From Octopus bimaculoides (lineage: Eukaryota): a stretch of 64,000 nucleotides of DNA. Location: contig NC_069002.1 in assembly GCF_001194135.2 (NCBI RefSeq), forward strand, positions 36,990,886 through 37,054,885. The letters are read 5' to 3'. The notes beneath the pieces were generated by a model that ran no database searches, was not told where the DNA came from, and worked only from the letters and a program-made list of their open reading frames with translations. Within the stretch, counting starts at the first letter, position 1. Every line of letters begins with the position of its first letter. The translations under genes and the position numbers were made by a program. Positions 1 to 13,010 of the stretch are shown here, piece by piece.

Positions 1-12
1 GTATTGAGTAAA

Positions 13-81
13 TGACCAGGATTATCTCCTAATCCAGACCCTGCACAAAATGCATGGGATCCTATAAGAAACAAAATTTAA
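13..81 (+). mobile_element. Tc1-like transposase fragment (third-acidic-residue region), degenerate
   Basis: Reads *PGLSPNPDPAQNAWDPIRNKI*, resembling the Tc1 WPxxSPDLNPIENLW motif. Confidence 0.4.
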
Positions 82-334
82 AAGAGATGGTATTGCAACA
101 AAGGAGATAACCACAGCTTACTGCCAAAATGTGTCCCAAAACATATGTGATGATAGTGTTATATAAGAAACAAAAGGGCCATACCAAAAAGGGCCATACC
201 AAATAGCAAGCAATATAACATTGATATTTGTAGAGTGTTTTCAAGTTATCTACTTTAGATTTTTCATCACCACCATCAACTTTTGTTTAAAACACAACTT
301 TTACATGATTATAGTGATTGAATGTGATATATTC

Positions 335-650
335 TTTTACTTGTTTCAATCACTGGATTATGGCCATGCTGGGGCACCACTGTGAAGGGTTGAGTTCAAC
401 TTGACCCCCCCCAGTAAGTATTTTTTACTTTTTTTTTTAAGACAGGTATTCATTCAATCAAACATTTTTGCTGATCTGCTAAATTACAAGGCTGTAAAGA
501 AACCAACACCGGCTGTCAAGTGGTGTGGGAACAAAACGGACATTGGTCAAGCTGGGGTTGTAGAAGAAGAAGAAGGTGTCACATAGCAGGATTGAACCCC
601 AAAACCATGTGGTTGGGAAGTGGACTCTTAAACACACAGCTATGTGTGCA
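335..650 (-). mobile_element. SINE family B (abundant octopus-type SINE with CORE-like centre), decayed copy
   Basis: Matches the many other copies in the window (tail CATGGCCACAGTC..TGAAACAAGTAAAAGA; head TGGCTGTGTG..TTCCCAACCACATGG). Confidence 0.75.
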
Positions 651-1395
651 GCTGAACACATCCCTGCATATGGCTGACTGTTAGAGACCTTCCCCAATTC
701 ATGACACTGAAGCGTTTGATGCTCAAACTGAACATCTGCAGAAAAACTATCGAGTGGGGTGACATAAAAGAGGATCTTCTTTGAATGCTTGCAGTAAAGT
801 GAATCCTGTCCAAGGCACCCAACAACTACCAGATGGTGGTACCAAACTGTGAAAATGATAATCCGACAACTTGAATCAAAGGTTGATAATTACAAAGAGG
901 AAATTGACATTATATACTTGGCAATATTCTAGATAGCAATAAACAATAAGGTTAGTTATAAAAGAAAAAGGAAACAGGATATTATAATATTCATGATTTT
1001 CCCAAAAGCAACCTAAAACAATCAATCTATTGCAAAACACCCACACACACACTTGTATTCATGCCCTTCCTCAACAACAGTTTAAGCCAAAAACTGAGAC
1101 CAATATGTTTTAAAACGACAAAATATATAGATATATAGATGACATTTGATTGTGTGCTTGGTATAAACCAGATTTGAATAACTGTGAAATCTATAATAAT
1201 GATAATAATAAAAACTTCTTTATTTGCGACCAGGACGAAGGATGAAGGGGGACAATACATGATCCAGACAATGCAAGCAAAATAATTATTAAATAAAATT
1301 TTGAATGAAAAGGTTGTAACCAGCCAAAACACTTGATTGAACACTTACAAATTATGGAGCTCCAACTTAGTACGTCTTCCTAGGATGGTGACCAT

Positions 1396-2005
1396 AATAA
1401 AAATGATAATAATTATGTCTGGACGATTAGCCTGGATTGTTCTGTCAGTTTTGAGTAGAAAATCCCAGAGGAAAGTGATATTTTTACCTTCAAAGAGTGG
1501 CTCAGGAGTTCCGATGTTGTAGTGTTTACATATTTTCCAATGTAAATACTGTCCTACCCTATCATGGCGATTATTGTATTCGTTTGGTGTCAGCACAGGA
1601 CATCCTGAGACAAGACGGTCTATTGTCTCATCAAATGTGTCACAGAATCTGCATTTAGGGTCAGAACTGTTTTGAAGAATGTTAACCTGGTAGTTTTTGG
1701 TAAGCAAGCTTTGATCTTGTGCTGCCAACATGAAACCTTCAGTCTCTGCTTTCAATCCTGAACTTCTCAGCCACTGATGGGTTCTTACTCGATCTACATC
1801 AGCATTTCGACGTTCAAGCATATACTGTCTAAGAGAGGCTTCTGGTTCTCCACCACAACTCAGTTTGTTTTTGCCCATTCTTTTTTGCAATCTGCTTCAT
1901 CCATTTTGCTTGTTTTGTGGCAGTGGCTTCAGGTTCTTCATGTAATTTAAGATTAATGCCAAGTTCCCTTGCAAAGTAATGCACTGTTTACCTTGATATG
2001 AGGTC
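1396..2005 (-). mobile_element. R4/Dong-clade non-LTR retrotransposon, C-terminal zinc knuckle plus restriction-like endonuclease fragment
   Basis: ORF 1345-1890(-): THQWLRSSGLKAETEGFMLAAQDQSL, CRFC..ETIDRLVSGC, RHDRVG, WDF..KTDRTIQANRPDI; the break at about 1400 lies in an (AAT)-rich tract. Confidence 0.9.
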
Positions 2006-2139
2006 GCTATGTCACACACATATGGGTGTGATGCATGTGCATGGTGTACCCTTGTTAGATGGGTAGTCATGATGGGTATAGGGCTTTGTGTATTTGTACC
2101 CTACCATCACTTTGATGGCATATGCTGCTCTCTTCACTC

Positions 2140-2173
<34 letters not shown>
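2140..2173 (+). repeat. (AAT)n microsatellite between R4/Dong pieces
   Basis: Direct reading: aataataataat... Confidence 0.95.
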
Positions 2174-2177
<4 letters not shown>

Positions 2178-2490
2178 CAAAGACCTGGAAATAGAGGTAT
2201 CTCAAATGTGGAATCTAAAAACAAACAATTCCTATCATAGTAGGCACCTTAGGTATAATAAAAAAATATTCAGACAAATACATAACAAAGACACCAGGAC
2301 TTACAAATATATATAACATACAGAAAATTGCACTACTGGGCACTGCACACATCCTACGCAAAACACTTTCAATACAGTAACCATAAAAGCATCACAGCAA
2401 ACCACAGCACATACCCAAGGCACACAGAGCTGCGCTCGGTAGTGAAGTGAAAGCACGTTATAAAAATAAAACTACTGAACAATGATAATA
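2174..2490 (+). mobile_element. 5'-truncated R4/Dong LINE 3' end (end of ORF plus 3'UTR)
   Basis: KYKDLEIEVSQMWNLK...IIVGTLGIIKKYSDKYITKTPGLTNIYNIQKIALLGTAHILRKTLSIQ* with one frameshift; ends in AATGATAATAAC. Confidence 0.85.
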
Positions 2491-2494
2491 ACAA

Positions 2495-4250
2495 TCTCCG
2501 CAGGTGGATGTATCAGTTCTCAATGAACTTGCTAGAGGAGTAACTGTTAAGATGAAACAAGCTAGAAAAATCAAGCAAAAATATAAAATCAAAGATTTTA
2601 TACACCTCCCTGCAACCAAGGAACAATTGAAACAATGAATACAACTGAATGCACAACAGCTTAGAAAGTATGACAAAAGAATCAAATTTTATTGACAAAA
2701 GATATTCAAAGTAGATGCAAAGAAATTTTATAGGGAAATTGGCAAAAGTAAGATAGAAGTAAAAGACTGAGGAAATGGGAGAGTTCTGGAAGAAGATATG
2801 GAGCAACAAAAAAGAATATAATGCCAAAGCTGACTGGATAGAGTATGAGAAAGTGAGATTGGATGAAGATGAAAAGCAGAAATGGGAGGCAACAGGAATA
2901 GAAGAGCTAAGATGTATTCTTAGAAAGTCTCACAAATGGAAAACACCAGGACTGGACTGAATTCCTAACTTCTGGCTAAATTGTCTCACAAAAGCACACC
3001 AAAATGTTGCTGCATCTCTGACTGATGTCATTCAGAACCCAGAGCCAATACCTGTCTGGCCGACCGAAGGAACAACATACCTTCTACCAAAAACTGAAGA
3101 CACAAAAAATTCAAAGAACTACTGACCAATCACGTCTCAACACCACTTACAAGATCCTCACATCCATATTATCTGACAGAATATAAACTTTCCTTGAACA
3201 GAGATCTATCTTTCCAGAAGCTCAAAAAGGAATTCTTATGGGTGCAAAGATCAATTACTCATAAATAAAATGATTATAGAGAATTGCTGGAACAAAAAAA
3301 CCCCTGAGCATGGCATGGATAGACTCCAGGAAAGCGTTTGATAGTCCCCCACATAATTGGATACTCAAGGCCCTCGAGATATATAAGATCTCTCCTGTCA
3401 TCGCCAAATGCTTATTAAGTAGCATGGCCAAGTGGAACATAGGTTTCCTTCTAAACCATAGTAAGGGGTGAGCCAAACTAACAAGATCAACATTAAATGA
3501 GGCATCTTTCAAGGTGACTCCCTCTCCCCATTACTCTTTTGCATGGTACTGATCCCACTCTCAAACGAACTAAATACCACCAGGTATGGGTTCAAAGTTT
3601 ACAATACAATAAACTATCTGTTTTATATGAACGATCTGAATCTGTTTGCTAGAAACGATAAAGAACTAGCAGGGCTGCCAACAACTGTTGGAGAATTCAG
3701 TAATGACATCGGGATGGACTTTGGTCTTGATAAGCGTGCTAAAGTAACTTTTGTAAGAGGCAAGCTCAGGCAAAGAGCTTCCATTAAATTGGATACTGAC
3801 ATTACCATCAAGGAGCTTGACCCACAAAAAAATTACAAATGCCTGAGAATAAACGAAAGAGATAGTATACAACATGCTATCACAAAGGAAAAAATAAGAA
3901 AGAAGTTTTTACAGGAGAATAAGACTCAAACTAAAAACTGAACTCAACTCTAAAAATTGCATCGAAGCCAGTAACACCCTGGCACTTCCAATAGTCCAAT
4001 ATAGTTTTAAGATCGCTAACTGGAATCTTACAGAGCTCTGTGCTGACACCAAACGAACTCAAAAATTGCCATAATAAGGTAGAACAGTATTTACAGTAAA
4101 CACTACAAAATCAACACTGCTGCTTACTGGTACAAACATCAACCTGAGCCAGTCGTTGAAGGTAAAGATGTCACTATCCTCTGGTATTTTCCAGTCAACA
4201 CTGACAGAACGATCCAGGCTAATCAACCAAACATAATTATTAAAGACAGT
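2495..4250 (+). mobile_element. R4/Dong LINE reverse transcriptase region, pseudogenised, with internal deletion
   Basis: FWKKIWS, WKTPGLD*IPNFW, EGTTYLLPK, IFQGDSLSPLLFCMVLIPLS, LFYMNDLNLFA (YMDD site), FGLDKRAK, then PEPVVEGKDVTILW..NTDRTIQAN; multiple stops and frameshifts. Confidence 0.9.
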
Positions 4251-4850
4251 CAATAAAATAAGTACCAGTTGAACACTAGGGTTGATGTCATCAACTTAAT
4301 CCTGCCCCAAAATTACTGACCCTGTGCCAAAATTTGAAACCAATAAGAGGGGAGATTGATAGAGAGGTGTGTTATATGGGCTTTACTCACAAGCCTGTAT
4401 ATTTGGAGATGGCCTGGAGCTACACGACAAAAACATAGTCTAAACAGGTGGCTCACAGTCTATTTGACTTTGTGGCACCCGGAAGATCAAGTGAAAAAAA
4501 AAAAAATGCAGTTGGGTATAAATATCCTGGTACCCTGGAGATTAAATAATGACTGGTATACTTTGCATGGAAAATTAAAAAGAAAATGTTTTAAAGTTAA
4601 ATTTTAGAAAAAAATATCAAAAAACAATTACTGCTTGCTTTGTTTTATTAATCAAATTGTATGAGAGAATCATAAATTGTACCCGGACATTAAGATAGAA
4701 TTTCTAAAGCCTTAAATTATATTTTTTAAAATCTGCAGTGCACCTAAATATCCTTTACAATGCACCAGTGCACTGCAGTACATTGAACTACAGGTGAAAA
4801 TAAATAAAATAGTGGCTAATTAGTTCAAAGATGTTTCTTATTTCTTTTGT

Positions 4851-4891
<41 letters not shown>

Positions 4892-5359
4892 TCACTCATT
4901 CTCTCTCTCTCTCTTATCATATGTGCATATCTCTGCAGTGAGCAAGGCAGAGAGTATTCCATGCCTCATTTACCTGATGTCAGAACAGATTAGATGCTGT
5001 AGTAAGTCAGTGATAGAGAATTTTTATGGTGCTCTGCACTTCCAACAACAGTAGAGAGGAGTGTATAACCACCAAACCTACCATTCCTTAACAAATCTCT
5101 ACAAACCATCTTCTAATACATTCCTCATGTTCTTAGATTGGTAACTATATACAAGTCTCTGCCTGCTTCATTCTTTTGTGATGTTTCATGAACTTCGTTG
5201 AGTTTCAGACCTCCAGCTAGTTTAATAATATTCCAAATTCTATAATGTTCAACATGAAAATGGTAACAAGTATGTGTCTCAAAGGTTAGAAGATTCTTGC
5301 CTTTTCTTCGCAAACACATGCACACATTTATTATATAATGAACTTATTATATTACAGTG

Positions 5360-5705
5360 AAGACGCATGGCTCAGTGGTTAGAGCATCAGGCTCACAATC
5401 ATGAGGTAGTGAGTTCGATTCCTGGACCAGGCTGTGTGTTGTGTTCTTGAGCAAGACACTTTATTTCATGCTGCTCCAGTTCACTCAGCTGTAGAAATGA
5501 GTTGTGAGAAATGACTGGTACCAAGGTGTATTGGCCCCTTTGTCTTTCCTTTGGATAAAATCAGTGGCATGGAGAGGGGGGACTGGTATGCATGGATGAC
5601 TGCTGGTCTTCCATAAGACAATCTTACCCAGATTTGTGCCTCAAAGCGAAATTTTCTAGGTGCTATCCCATGGACATTTCTGACTGAAGGGAGTCTATAC
5701 GCTTT
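5360..5705 (+). mobile_element. tRNA-derived SINE (family C) with Pol III A and B boxes
   Basis: A box TGGCTCAGTGG 5368-5378, B box GTTCGATTCC 5413-5422, followed by GTGTTCTTGAGCAAGACACTTT core; a second partial copy lies on the minus strand at about 23815-23945; no tRNA 3' acceptor arm. Confidence 0.8.
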
Positions 5706-6559
5706 TATTATGTACAGTGCTCAGGTGCACTACAGCTCATCAGAAAAAGGTAGCCAAAAGTGTATGCGCAGTACATAGAAGGATGCACAAAAAAGCAGGA
5801 AATGAACAGTAAAGGAGTCATGCTAAAGAAAAAACAAAAAGGAACATCAGACGAATTTCTGGAGGGCTGGAGTGCCCGAACAGCTAACAACTGATGTGGG
5901 GAGTTTATTCTATACTTCAGCAATTTGAGTCTTTGACACTGGCAAAATTTCTGTCCACCAAATTTCACTTATAAGTTACTGGTTGGTTCAAGAGAGATGG
6001 TTAAAGACAACCTCAGGGGTTGCCCCCATAATGGAATCAAACAGAAGTAAAAGATTGTGAAGCAAACATTTTAATCTGCACTGATATACGCATACATTTT
6101 ATTGGTCTTGGTCATAAGAGTGCAGCCCTGCTGGAGCACCAGTTTCAAGGGTTTTAATCAATTACTACTACTGACACTTGTACTAATTTTATTGAAATAT
6201 GTTTATCAAATGAGTTAGCTGAGCAAAGTTATCTCCCTTCTATGAACTTGAATACTACAAAGAAATACAAACACCAGGCATGCATGCATACATACATCTG
6301 TATAAACATACATATAAAGAAAACAAGAGACAGAGTGAGAAAGAGGGGGGGTCAAGCATGGCTGCATCATTATGAAGTCTGCTTCCCAACTACATGGTTT
6401 CAGATTCAGTCCCACTTGCATGGCCCTTATGAGCAAGTATTTTCTAATATAGAGCTGGGCCCAATCGAAGTTGTGTGAGAGGATTTGAAAGATGAAAACT
6501 GAAAGAAGCCCATGGCCAAAGGAAATAATACCTTGCTAAGAGACAGAGGATTGACATGA

Positions 6560-6815
6560 ATTTGATGAGTCTCTTTGAAGAATTTGAGTCATTTTGCTTT
6601 GAACGAACTTTTCCCCTTCCTTCCGTTTTTTCCCCAAACATCCAAACGTGATCCACCTGCCGAACGCCTCATCGCAGAAAGAAACCCCTCCGCAGCATTA
6701 TTTGTTCTGGGAAGATCTTGAAGAATACACTGATTAACATTCCATACAGCTATTGGGAATGTAGATGGTTCTCTCCTTTGTCTAGCATCACGTCCTTTCA
6801 CAACAGATAAGGGTG
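6560..6815 (-). mobile_element. MULE (Mutator-like) transposase C-terminal fragment
   Basis: ORF 6589-6819(-): FPIAVWNVNQCILQDLPRTNNAAEGF, typical of the MULE 'WN....RTNN..EG' motif. Confidence 0.75.
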
Positions 6816-6943
6816 TCATCTAAAAGCACCCATTACACTCTCGGAGTGGTTGATGTAAGGGCATCCTGCCATAGAAACCATACCAAATCAGACTGGGGTC
6901 TGGTCGTCCGACCCGTGCCAGCTTGGACAGACGCCAAATGATG

Positions 6944-7135
<192 letters not shown>

Positions 7136-7140
7136 TATTA

Positions 7141-7283
7141 TTATTAAAGCTGTAAAGACATCACCAAAATCTGTTACTCAAGAGTTCCACGTTCCGGTTT
7201 GTCGGACAGTTTAGAGTGTACGACGAACAGGAACGTGAAACTCTGAGTAGCAGTTCTTTGTGATGTTTTTGCAACTTTAATAA
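7141..7283. repeat. 143-bp imperfect palindrome (inverted Penelope terminal-repeat segment) carrying two degenerate hammerhead-like motifs
   Basis: Arm 7141-7210 versus arm 7214-7283: TTATTAAAGCTGTAAAGACATCAC...GAGTTCCACGTTCC / GGAACGTGAAACTC...GTGATGTTTTTGCAACTTTAATAA. Confidence 0.85.
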
Positions 7284-8560
7284 TATTAATAAAGCTATAA
7301 CTCTACCTCCAGTATTCGAGTACTGTTTTTTCCCCATCTTGTTTCACATTTATGTGCTTACTTTAGTAGAGCAAAGTTTATAGTATCAGTTTATTACAAG
7401 TACTTTTTATTAGTTCCTATTTAATGAAATTCAAGTGTATATTAGTCACTGATAATTTAATATTATAACTTGTAGTGGTGATATATTAAAGAGAATGTAG
7501 TGTTTTACTATTAACTTTTCAATGATGAAATAATGCATTTCACTCATAAAAATATTAAATTAATTTCAATCGTGTTTTGTTTTGGAAATAATTTTATAAT
7601 GTTCGACTAGTGTCTATGGAAGACCGGTGGGATTATTTTTTATAGGTTCTTAAAGATGGATCGCAATTTAGCATATAATTTAATAATTGCAGTTTACTAT
7701 TAATACTGATACAATGTACATTGGTTTAAATGTCTCTCGTTGTAGTTCTAGTAAAGTTAGTGCTTAATCCTGCCTACATATCGATTGATTGAAATAATGT
7801 GGTTATTAAGCTTTACTTTTATATTACACAACGAAAGACGGTAGGGATTATAATTTTTTATGACTTAATAGAGTCGTCGCTGTTTAGTTACATATTAAGG
7901 AGTGGTCGTAATTTACTTATGGAATTTATTTATCAATACGGTTGTAGATTGGGTAAATGTGTTTGAAAGTTGTGGTTTCTTTGGTTTGTTTGTTCCCAAG
8001 CAAGACTTATTTTAGCGCTGTTGACACCGCTGGATTGAATGGTACTGCCCAGGTGTCGAAACCATAATGATATCCGTGGGGGAAGCTGATGATTGAGGTA
8101 GTTGGATTGTTGGTATGGCTGTTTTTGTATGTGTGGATTAGTATTACTGGATTGTTGCTATGGCTATGGAATAGTATTATAACACATCCTTTTGATATAT
8201 ATATATGGAGAGAGAGAGAGGGGGGGTTCTTCAGAGAATCAAATAATACATCTAATAACATCGTTGATTCTCTGTCTGAAGAGTTTCTAATAGGGAATTC
8301 CTTGCATGTTTATTCAACATGTACAACTTTGTGATTCCTGTTAGCAAATGAAATGTGTAATGGTGCATAAATAATACCAAAAAAATTTTCCAACTTCCTG
8401 CTTTGTCATATAATAAACTCTGTAAAACATTATTTCCAGAACGTTCAACTTTAATATATACCTTACATCAATACGACACCAACTACATACAGGATTGTAA
8501 TACTGGAATAAGCAGATGTGCTTCAAGAGGACACAGCTTGATTTTATTCTACCTATATTA
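7284..8560 (-). mobile_element. Penelope-like element (RT C-terminus plus GIY-YIG endonuclease), heavily decayed
   Basis: Minus-strand translation includes LCNIKVKLNNHIISINRYVGRIKH*LY*NYNERHL (GIY-YIG-like) ending just before the terminal repeat. Confidence 0.55.
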
Positions 8561-8760
8561 TATTATATTACACACACACACATCCATAGACATACATATA
8601 CTTACAGATGTATACACACACACGATTATCCCAAAGTGTCACGTAGAGAGATCAAAGACACAATAACAAGACAATACACTTCTCAACCCCATAACTTTGT
8701 CAAGCGATGTTGGGGGACAAACACAGACACACAAACATACACACACATATATATAAATAT

Positions 8761-8925
8761 ACGACGGGCTTCTTTCAGTTTCCGTCTACCAAATCCACTC
8801 ACAAGGCTTTGGTCGGCCCGAGGCGAAAGTAGAAAACACTTGCCCAAGTTGCCACGCAGTGGGACTGAACCAGGAACCATGTGGTTGGTAAGCAAGCTTC
8901 TTGACTACACAGCCACTCCTACGCC
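8761..8925 (-). mobile_element. SINE family B 5' half, CpG-retaining copy
   Basis: Same family as 34341-34720; 8 CpG retained. Confidence 0.85.
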
Positions 8926-9355
8926 TATATATATATCGTTTCTAGAAAACATAAATCCGAAAGAAGCTTACTCTAAGATGTAGAGCAGTATATATTAAAA
9001 AGGGGGGAAAGCCGGTTTATGGAAATACCTTAGGTTTCCCGTCCATAAAAGGGTTNNNNNNNNNNNNNNNNNNNNNNNNNNNNNNNNNNNNNNNNNNNNN
9101 NNNNNNNNNNNNNNNNNNNNNNNNNNNNNNNNNNNNNNNNNNNNNNNNNNNNNNNNNNNNNNNNNNNNNNNNNNNNNNNNNNNNNNNNNNNNNNNNNNNN
9201 NNNNNNNNNNNNNNNNNNNNNNNNNNNNNNNNNNNNNNNNNNNNNNNNNNNNNNNNNNNNNNNNNNNNNNNNNNNNNNNNNNNNNNNNNNNNNNNNNNNN
9301 NNNNNNNNNNNNNNNNNNNNNNNNNNNNNNNNNNNNNNNNNNNNNNNNNNNNNNN

Positions 9356-9392
<37 letters not shown>

Positions 9393-9989
9393 ACAAATTC
9401 TTCAGGACGATGCCCCAGCATCGCCGCAGTCAAATTACTGAAATAAGCAAAAGATATAAATATATATGTGTGTGTGTGTGTGTGTGTACACCCACACATT
9501 TCGGTGACAAAATTCTGTTTTGAAACAGACAAGTCCAAACTGTAGCAGCAGGGGGGAAAAAACGGATGTCTAACTACGACGAGAACAGTAATGAGATGGA
9601 GAGTGCGATGTGAGAAAACTGCAAAGAGAGAGAGAGGAGGAGGAGTGGGAGAAGAAAAAAAGAAGAGAGTTGGAGGAAGGGGAGATAACCATACATTAAG
9701 CATGTGGTCGGTCAATGACCTAAGTAACTAGGCAGAGAATAATAGGAGGAGGAAAGTAAAAAAAGATGTATCAGATTTTCATCTATACAACACACGCACA
9801 TATATATTATACACATACGTGTGCGGAGAGAATGAATAGTTAAAGGGATTATGAACCAGTAAGTAGTTAACGTTGGTAAAAGGCACAGCCAATGACACAC
9901 TAATATACATGCAATATAGTCCATACACACATACAACATGCCAAAAGCACGTAGACAATTGATGGAAAGATGGTTAGAGAAAGGAAAAA

Positions 9990-11040
9990 GATAAGATGAA
10001 AATAGAGAGGGGAGGACTGTAGGTTTAAATGCTTTATTTTTAAAAGAAAGAACAACGTGGGTGTACGATGATTAAAAGAAAATTACATAGAAACTTTTGA
10101 ATGTGCATTCACATGTAGACAGGCAAACAAACGCTTGAGGGTAAGAACCAACAGCGGGACTTGAAAAGGGTTGAGGAGAAGGGTGAGTATTAGGTCAGAG
10201 AAAACTTTTTTATCCAGGTACAAAAGATGACATACTTGTGTTTGTGAGTGTGAGAAGAACTGTGGTGTAAGGTGATACCACAAGCAGATGGGTTACTCTG
10301 TAGAGTAAGCATGACGAGCTGGAATACTAAACGACGGGTCTGGAGATAGCCTTACTGTCAACATCTCTTTCATGAGAAATGTTGACAATATGGCACTCAG
10401 ACAATACGATTGCATCTATACCAGGAGTATTATAGGACTTGTGTGACGTCGTAAATGGAGTTGGTAGTGATGAAGTTCAACGTTGTCAATGACGTGAAAC
10501 TGGGATTTTGAGACATTACGATTGCGATGGAGGAGATAAAAGGGACGTATAAAGTACTACGGTGAGATTATTTGGAGATTACGAGCAGGATAGGGCTGGA
10601 AACAAACGAGACCCTGGCTAAAAGATCGTGTAGATTTTTGAGTCTTTTGAAGTAGGTGAAGCGAAGTTTTGGAAAGAACGTTTGGTTTCAGAGTTAGGAA
10701 GTAAAAAGCAGAAGTTGAGAAAGACAGTGCATAGTAAAAGGTTAGGGTAGTGAAGTAGAAGATTAATAGAGAAAGGAATTAAGGATTGTGGGTATATGTA
10801 TGGATGTCAAGAATGCAATAATTCTGTTGACAGCTCAGTTTTGTTGAGACCCGGCATCTTCAACTTAACTTGGATAGTTATGTGGGAAGAAGTGTATTTC
10901 TTGAACTTTGAAGTTGAAGTCTGAGTATCTCTACTACATAACAGAAGTTAAAGAAATTACGAGAAAAGGACAGGGAATCGAGTGGGATGAGAATAATAAT
11001 AAATTCTGTTAATTAGTAAAACTCACCAGAAATGGAACAG
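9990..11040 (-). mobile_element. Second decayed Penelope-like element (GIY-YIG end)
   Basis: Minus-strand remnants LRFTYFKRLKNLHDLL, TTNSIYDV, ERDV, IPARHAYS, PSACGITLH resemble PLE endonuclease C-termini; many stops. Confidence 0.45.
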
Positions 11041-11884
11041 CAATTTAAAATGAGATGAAGAAGAGTGGTGGAACCGGTTTCAAGTATGGACCAGTAGTTA
11101 AAAGAAGTAGCTAACTGAGTTGTACAGAACCAAGGATTTGGCCATTTAAATAACTTCAAATGGCTTAAGTCCTAATTGTGAATTTGTCCCGAGCTGAAGG
11201 TTGCTGTTCCTTGTCACAAAACAAAGTTTTTAGCTGGAACTGATACAAGTAACACCTCAAAGATGGTATGTATCTTGAAATTTCCCAACTTGACAGTGAG
11301 TGACCTCAAAGAGAAATTTGGCAAAGTAGAATAAAACTGCTTTCAGATTTGGGGAGTGAGAGGGGCCTTGCAAAATTCAAAGGACTGAATTTTTGTTTTT
11401 TCCTCTTTTTTAGGGAGCAATGTATTCATGGGCTCCTCCATGGTTCTCCGGGATACTAGATTAATGTACTGACTGAACACCCCGCCGACAGGCCCCACTT
11501 GAAGGGAACTAAGTTTAGGCTTCTATTAAGAATATCAGCAGGTGTATCAGTGAAATATGATACACAGCTACAAGAGTTGTGATAGTTATTTTATAATAAT
11601 GAAATCTAACAAGTTTCAAATTTGTGGGGAGGGAGTAATAATCAATTAAATTGATTTCTAAATGATTGATACTTCATTGACCTTTTACAAAGATGAAAGG
11701 AAAGGTTGATTTCCAGCAAGATTTGAGCATAACTAAATATTACAAGGTGATTTAAGGTTCAATGGTCTACAAGGTTTATAAATTCAAATCTTATGTTGAC
11801 CATACAATGTACTGAGTGCAAGGCACAGAACTCACTGCTTTCCCCAGTTTTCTTGAGTGACAAAACAAAGTAAAACCTTGCTCG

Positions 11885-11942
<58 letters not shown>

Positions 11943-12074
11943 AATGTTCCAAAATTAAGGCTTTAATAACTATCAATAAATGAAATAAGATACAAAAATT
12001 ATACATCATTATAAAAGTTTAGTGTGTCTTCTTTTTGTTTCAGACTAAATAAATTCAGATTTATAAATTAGATA

Positions 12075-13010
12075 ATGGCTATAGACTGAAACATAATTAT
12101 AATCTTCCACAAAGGAGGTGAAAGTAATACAGTTTTAGCAAAAAGCTTAAGATTAACAGAACAGTCTGGAAAATTGTCAAGAAATTTCAAGAGACTGGTT
12201 CCACCAGTGACTGAACTGGATGTGACTGAAAAAGAAGTGTGTGGACCCCTCAGCTTAACAAAAGTACCAGAGAAAAGATATGGTGAAATCCTCGTCATTC
12301 TGTCAGAAAACTGGCTGCCACAGCAAAAATAAGCAAAACATCAGTGTATCAAGTGCTGAAAGAGGATCTCAGGATCCATCCTTACAAGATGGTCTGCTGT
12401 CATGAGCTCACACAAGTTTATAAGGCCATGAAACTGGAGAGATGTTGTCTTATCCTGCATCGATGAAAAGAAATTTGACAGTGAACAGACAGTAAACCAC
12501 CGGAATGACCAACTTTGGAGTGTATCTGGCTCCATCGAGGGTCGGCTCTTAAATTGACATCAAAATTCCCTGTCACTTATGGTTTGGGCAGCTGTGACAG
12601 CCACTGGAAGGTCTCCCCTTGTTTTTGTGCCCCTGGGTGTTAAAATTAACACCCAGTGATACATTAGCGACATTCTGGAAGCTGAACTACTTCCATGGAC
12701 GAATGAGCACTTTCAAGGCGCACCTCAGAGCCTCCAATAGGACTAGGCACCACCCCCCAGTTCCAAAAAGACACAACACTGGACTCAGAAAAACATTCCG
12801 TCATTCATAGGCAAGATATGGCCCTTAAGAAGCCCCAATCTCAACCCGTTGGATTTTTCTGTTGGTCCATTTTGGGGACGAGGTTCTCCAGCTCTACTCC
12901 TTATGCTTCGCTCGACACTCTGAAAGCAAAAATGCCCCAGGGTCCATCTGAATAAAATAGGAATCAAAGGAGTCCAGAGGTTAAAAAAAATGGTTGAGAA
13001 ACACTGGTTT
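12075..13010 (+). mobile_element. Tc1/mariner (maT/DD37D-like) transposase pseudogene
   Basis: VWKIVKKFQETGS, PRHSVRKLA, LKEDLRIHPYK, SLMVWAAVTATGRSPLVFVPLGVKINTQ*YISDILEAELLPW, WPLRSPNLNPLDF; stops and frameshifts. Confidence 0.85.

Noticed and set aside
4733-4778. 11-bp perfect inverted repeat CTGCAGTGCAC/GTGCACTGCAG
   Set aside because: Short, built from overlapping palindromic hexamers, no further context
5360-5440. Possible tRNA gene
   Set aside because: A and B boxes are present but continue into a SINE body with no 3' acceptor stem or terminator
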